Shown: positions 62,942 to 64,000 of the stretch, in pieces | Layout: every line of letters begins with the position of its first letter | Numbering within the stretch: the first letter of the stretch is position 1 | Assembly: GCF_902652985.1 (NCBI RefSeq) | Contig: NC_047016.1 | Coordinates: forward strand, 11,408,001 to 11,472,000 | DNA from: Pecten maximus | Taxonomy: Eukaryota | Length of the DNA: 64,000 nt | Direction: 5' to 3' | The notes under the pieces: generated by a model | What the model saw: only the letters and a program-made list of their open reading frames with translations | What the model was told of the DNA's origin: nothing | Databases searched by the model: none | Program-made: the position numbers and the translations under genes

Positions 62942-64000
62942 CAGTCCATGATCCCAGCTTCCCAAATAACACAAACTGTCTGGACCTGGGTAGGGATCAA
63001 AGCACACACCTGAGGTTTGGTTAGTCTGATACTCCAGACTCCAGTGACTATTATCATGGCCTCCTAATGAGCTGACATTAATAAGCTTGCTGTTAATTGA
63101 CACAAAGACATCAGTAATGATGAAACCATTGCCTGCTGATAGAATACAACACAATAGTGATATTACGACATGTTTGAGGCCTCTGGGTTTGGATGTTGTC
63201 CAGACTCATCAGTGCTGTAAAGCTATAGAACTAAAACACCAAGTTGTGAGTCTGCCACTCAGATTGTATTATGTATGTGTACTGGTTTACCCTGGCCACA
63301 GGTAGACCTTCGGTTTGTAGTGGTACTGCTCTGAATGTATACTCTTCCCTGCTCTGAATCCTACCCTCCACATTCACTTTAATTTTCTACAAGTGCCCTG
63401 GGGGTTCTAATCAAGCTGGATGGTATACTGTTGTTCTGACTATTAACGGGCACATGTGTGATTAACTTAAGTCTGATATGTATGGCAACATCATTGTTAT
63501 TGCATGCTTGTTTATTGAAACAGATGATCAGCTTAATCAAGTTTATTCTGAAGATTTTTCAATTAGCTTTGATTCATCCATTGGGTAAAATCTTTATGAG
63601 ACTGAAAACACAAGAGAACTATAACATGTTTTACCTTAGCTATACCACAGATATAGAGTCTAAAAATACCTGTACACAGCTAAGGGATGTCACCATCAGA
63701 GGTGATCTGGCTGAGGTTTTCATAAACAGATCAATAATGTGTCTGTAGGTGTGGCTTGTCTAGGAATCTGGTCCAGCTCAATATATTCATCATCAGGGTG
63801 TGGATGTATGGCCATTAATACATAACCTTGTTCAGATATTGGGGCCCCTGTTTCATCAAATGTTTCTGAACTAGGAACTTCTTAACTTAAATGTTCATTA
63901 AGAAAGCACTATTGTATTAATTGGAAAAAGGTCTTAGCTAAGACACATTCCCTAAGATTATGTAATACTTTCCTTTAAGAAATTTTTAAATTTATATTAT

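Overview
AT-rich eukaryotic (animal) genomic DNA. The repeat content (Helentron/HINE-like elements with internal satellites, tRNA-derived SINEs) and an intronless B-box/NHL gene suggest a bivalve mollusc; this is inference. Five protein-coding genes can be reconstructed. (1) Complete RSU1 on the - strand: 9 coding exons, 18203->1602, 270 aa. (2) CIAO1 on the + strand, about 334 aa, head-to-head with RSU1. (3) An intronless RING-less TRIM-like B-box/coiled-coil/NHL gene at 29777-31918. (4) ABRACL/Costars on the - strand, 86 aa. (5) The first coding exon of an AGAP1/centaurin-gamma gene, head-to-head with ABRACL; its long first intron fills the rest of the window. The remainder is minisatellites, MITEs, SINEs, HINE-like elements, a truncated L1/Tx1-like LINE, a decayed CR1-like LINE and a candidate solo LTR. 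The most striking observation is that the GC-rich 35-bp array at about 4426-6128 is an exact T->G transliteration of the G-free 35-bp array flanking it on both sides. This is most likely a systematic base-calling/consensus artefact, and it explains all the long ORFs predicted there. I found no convincing new multi-gene biological system.
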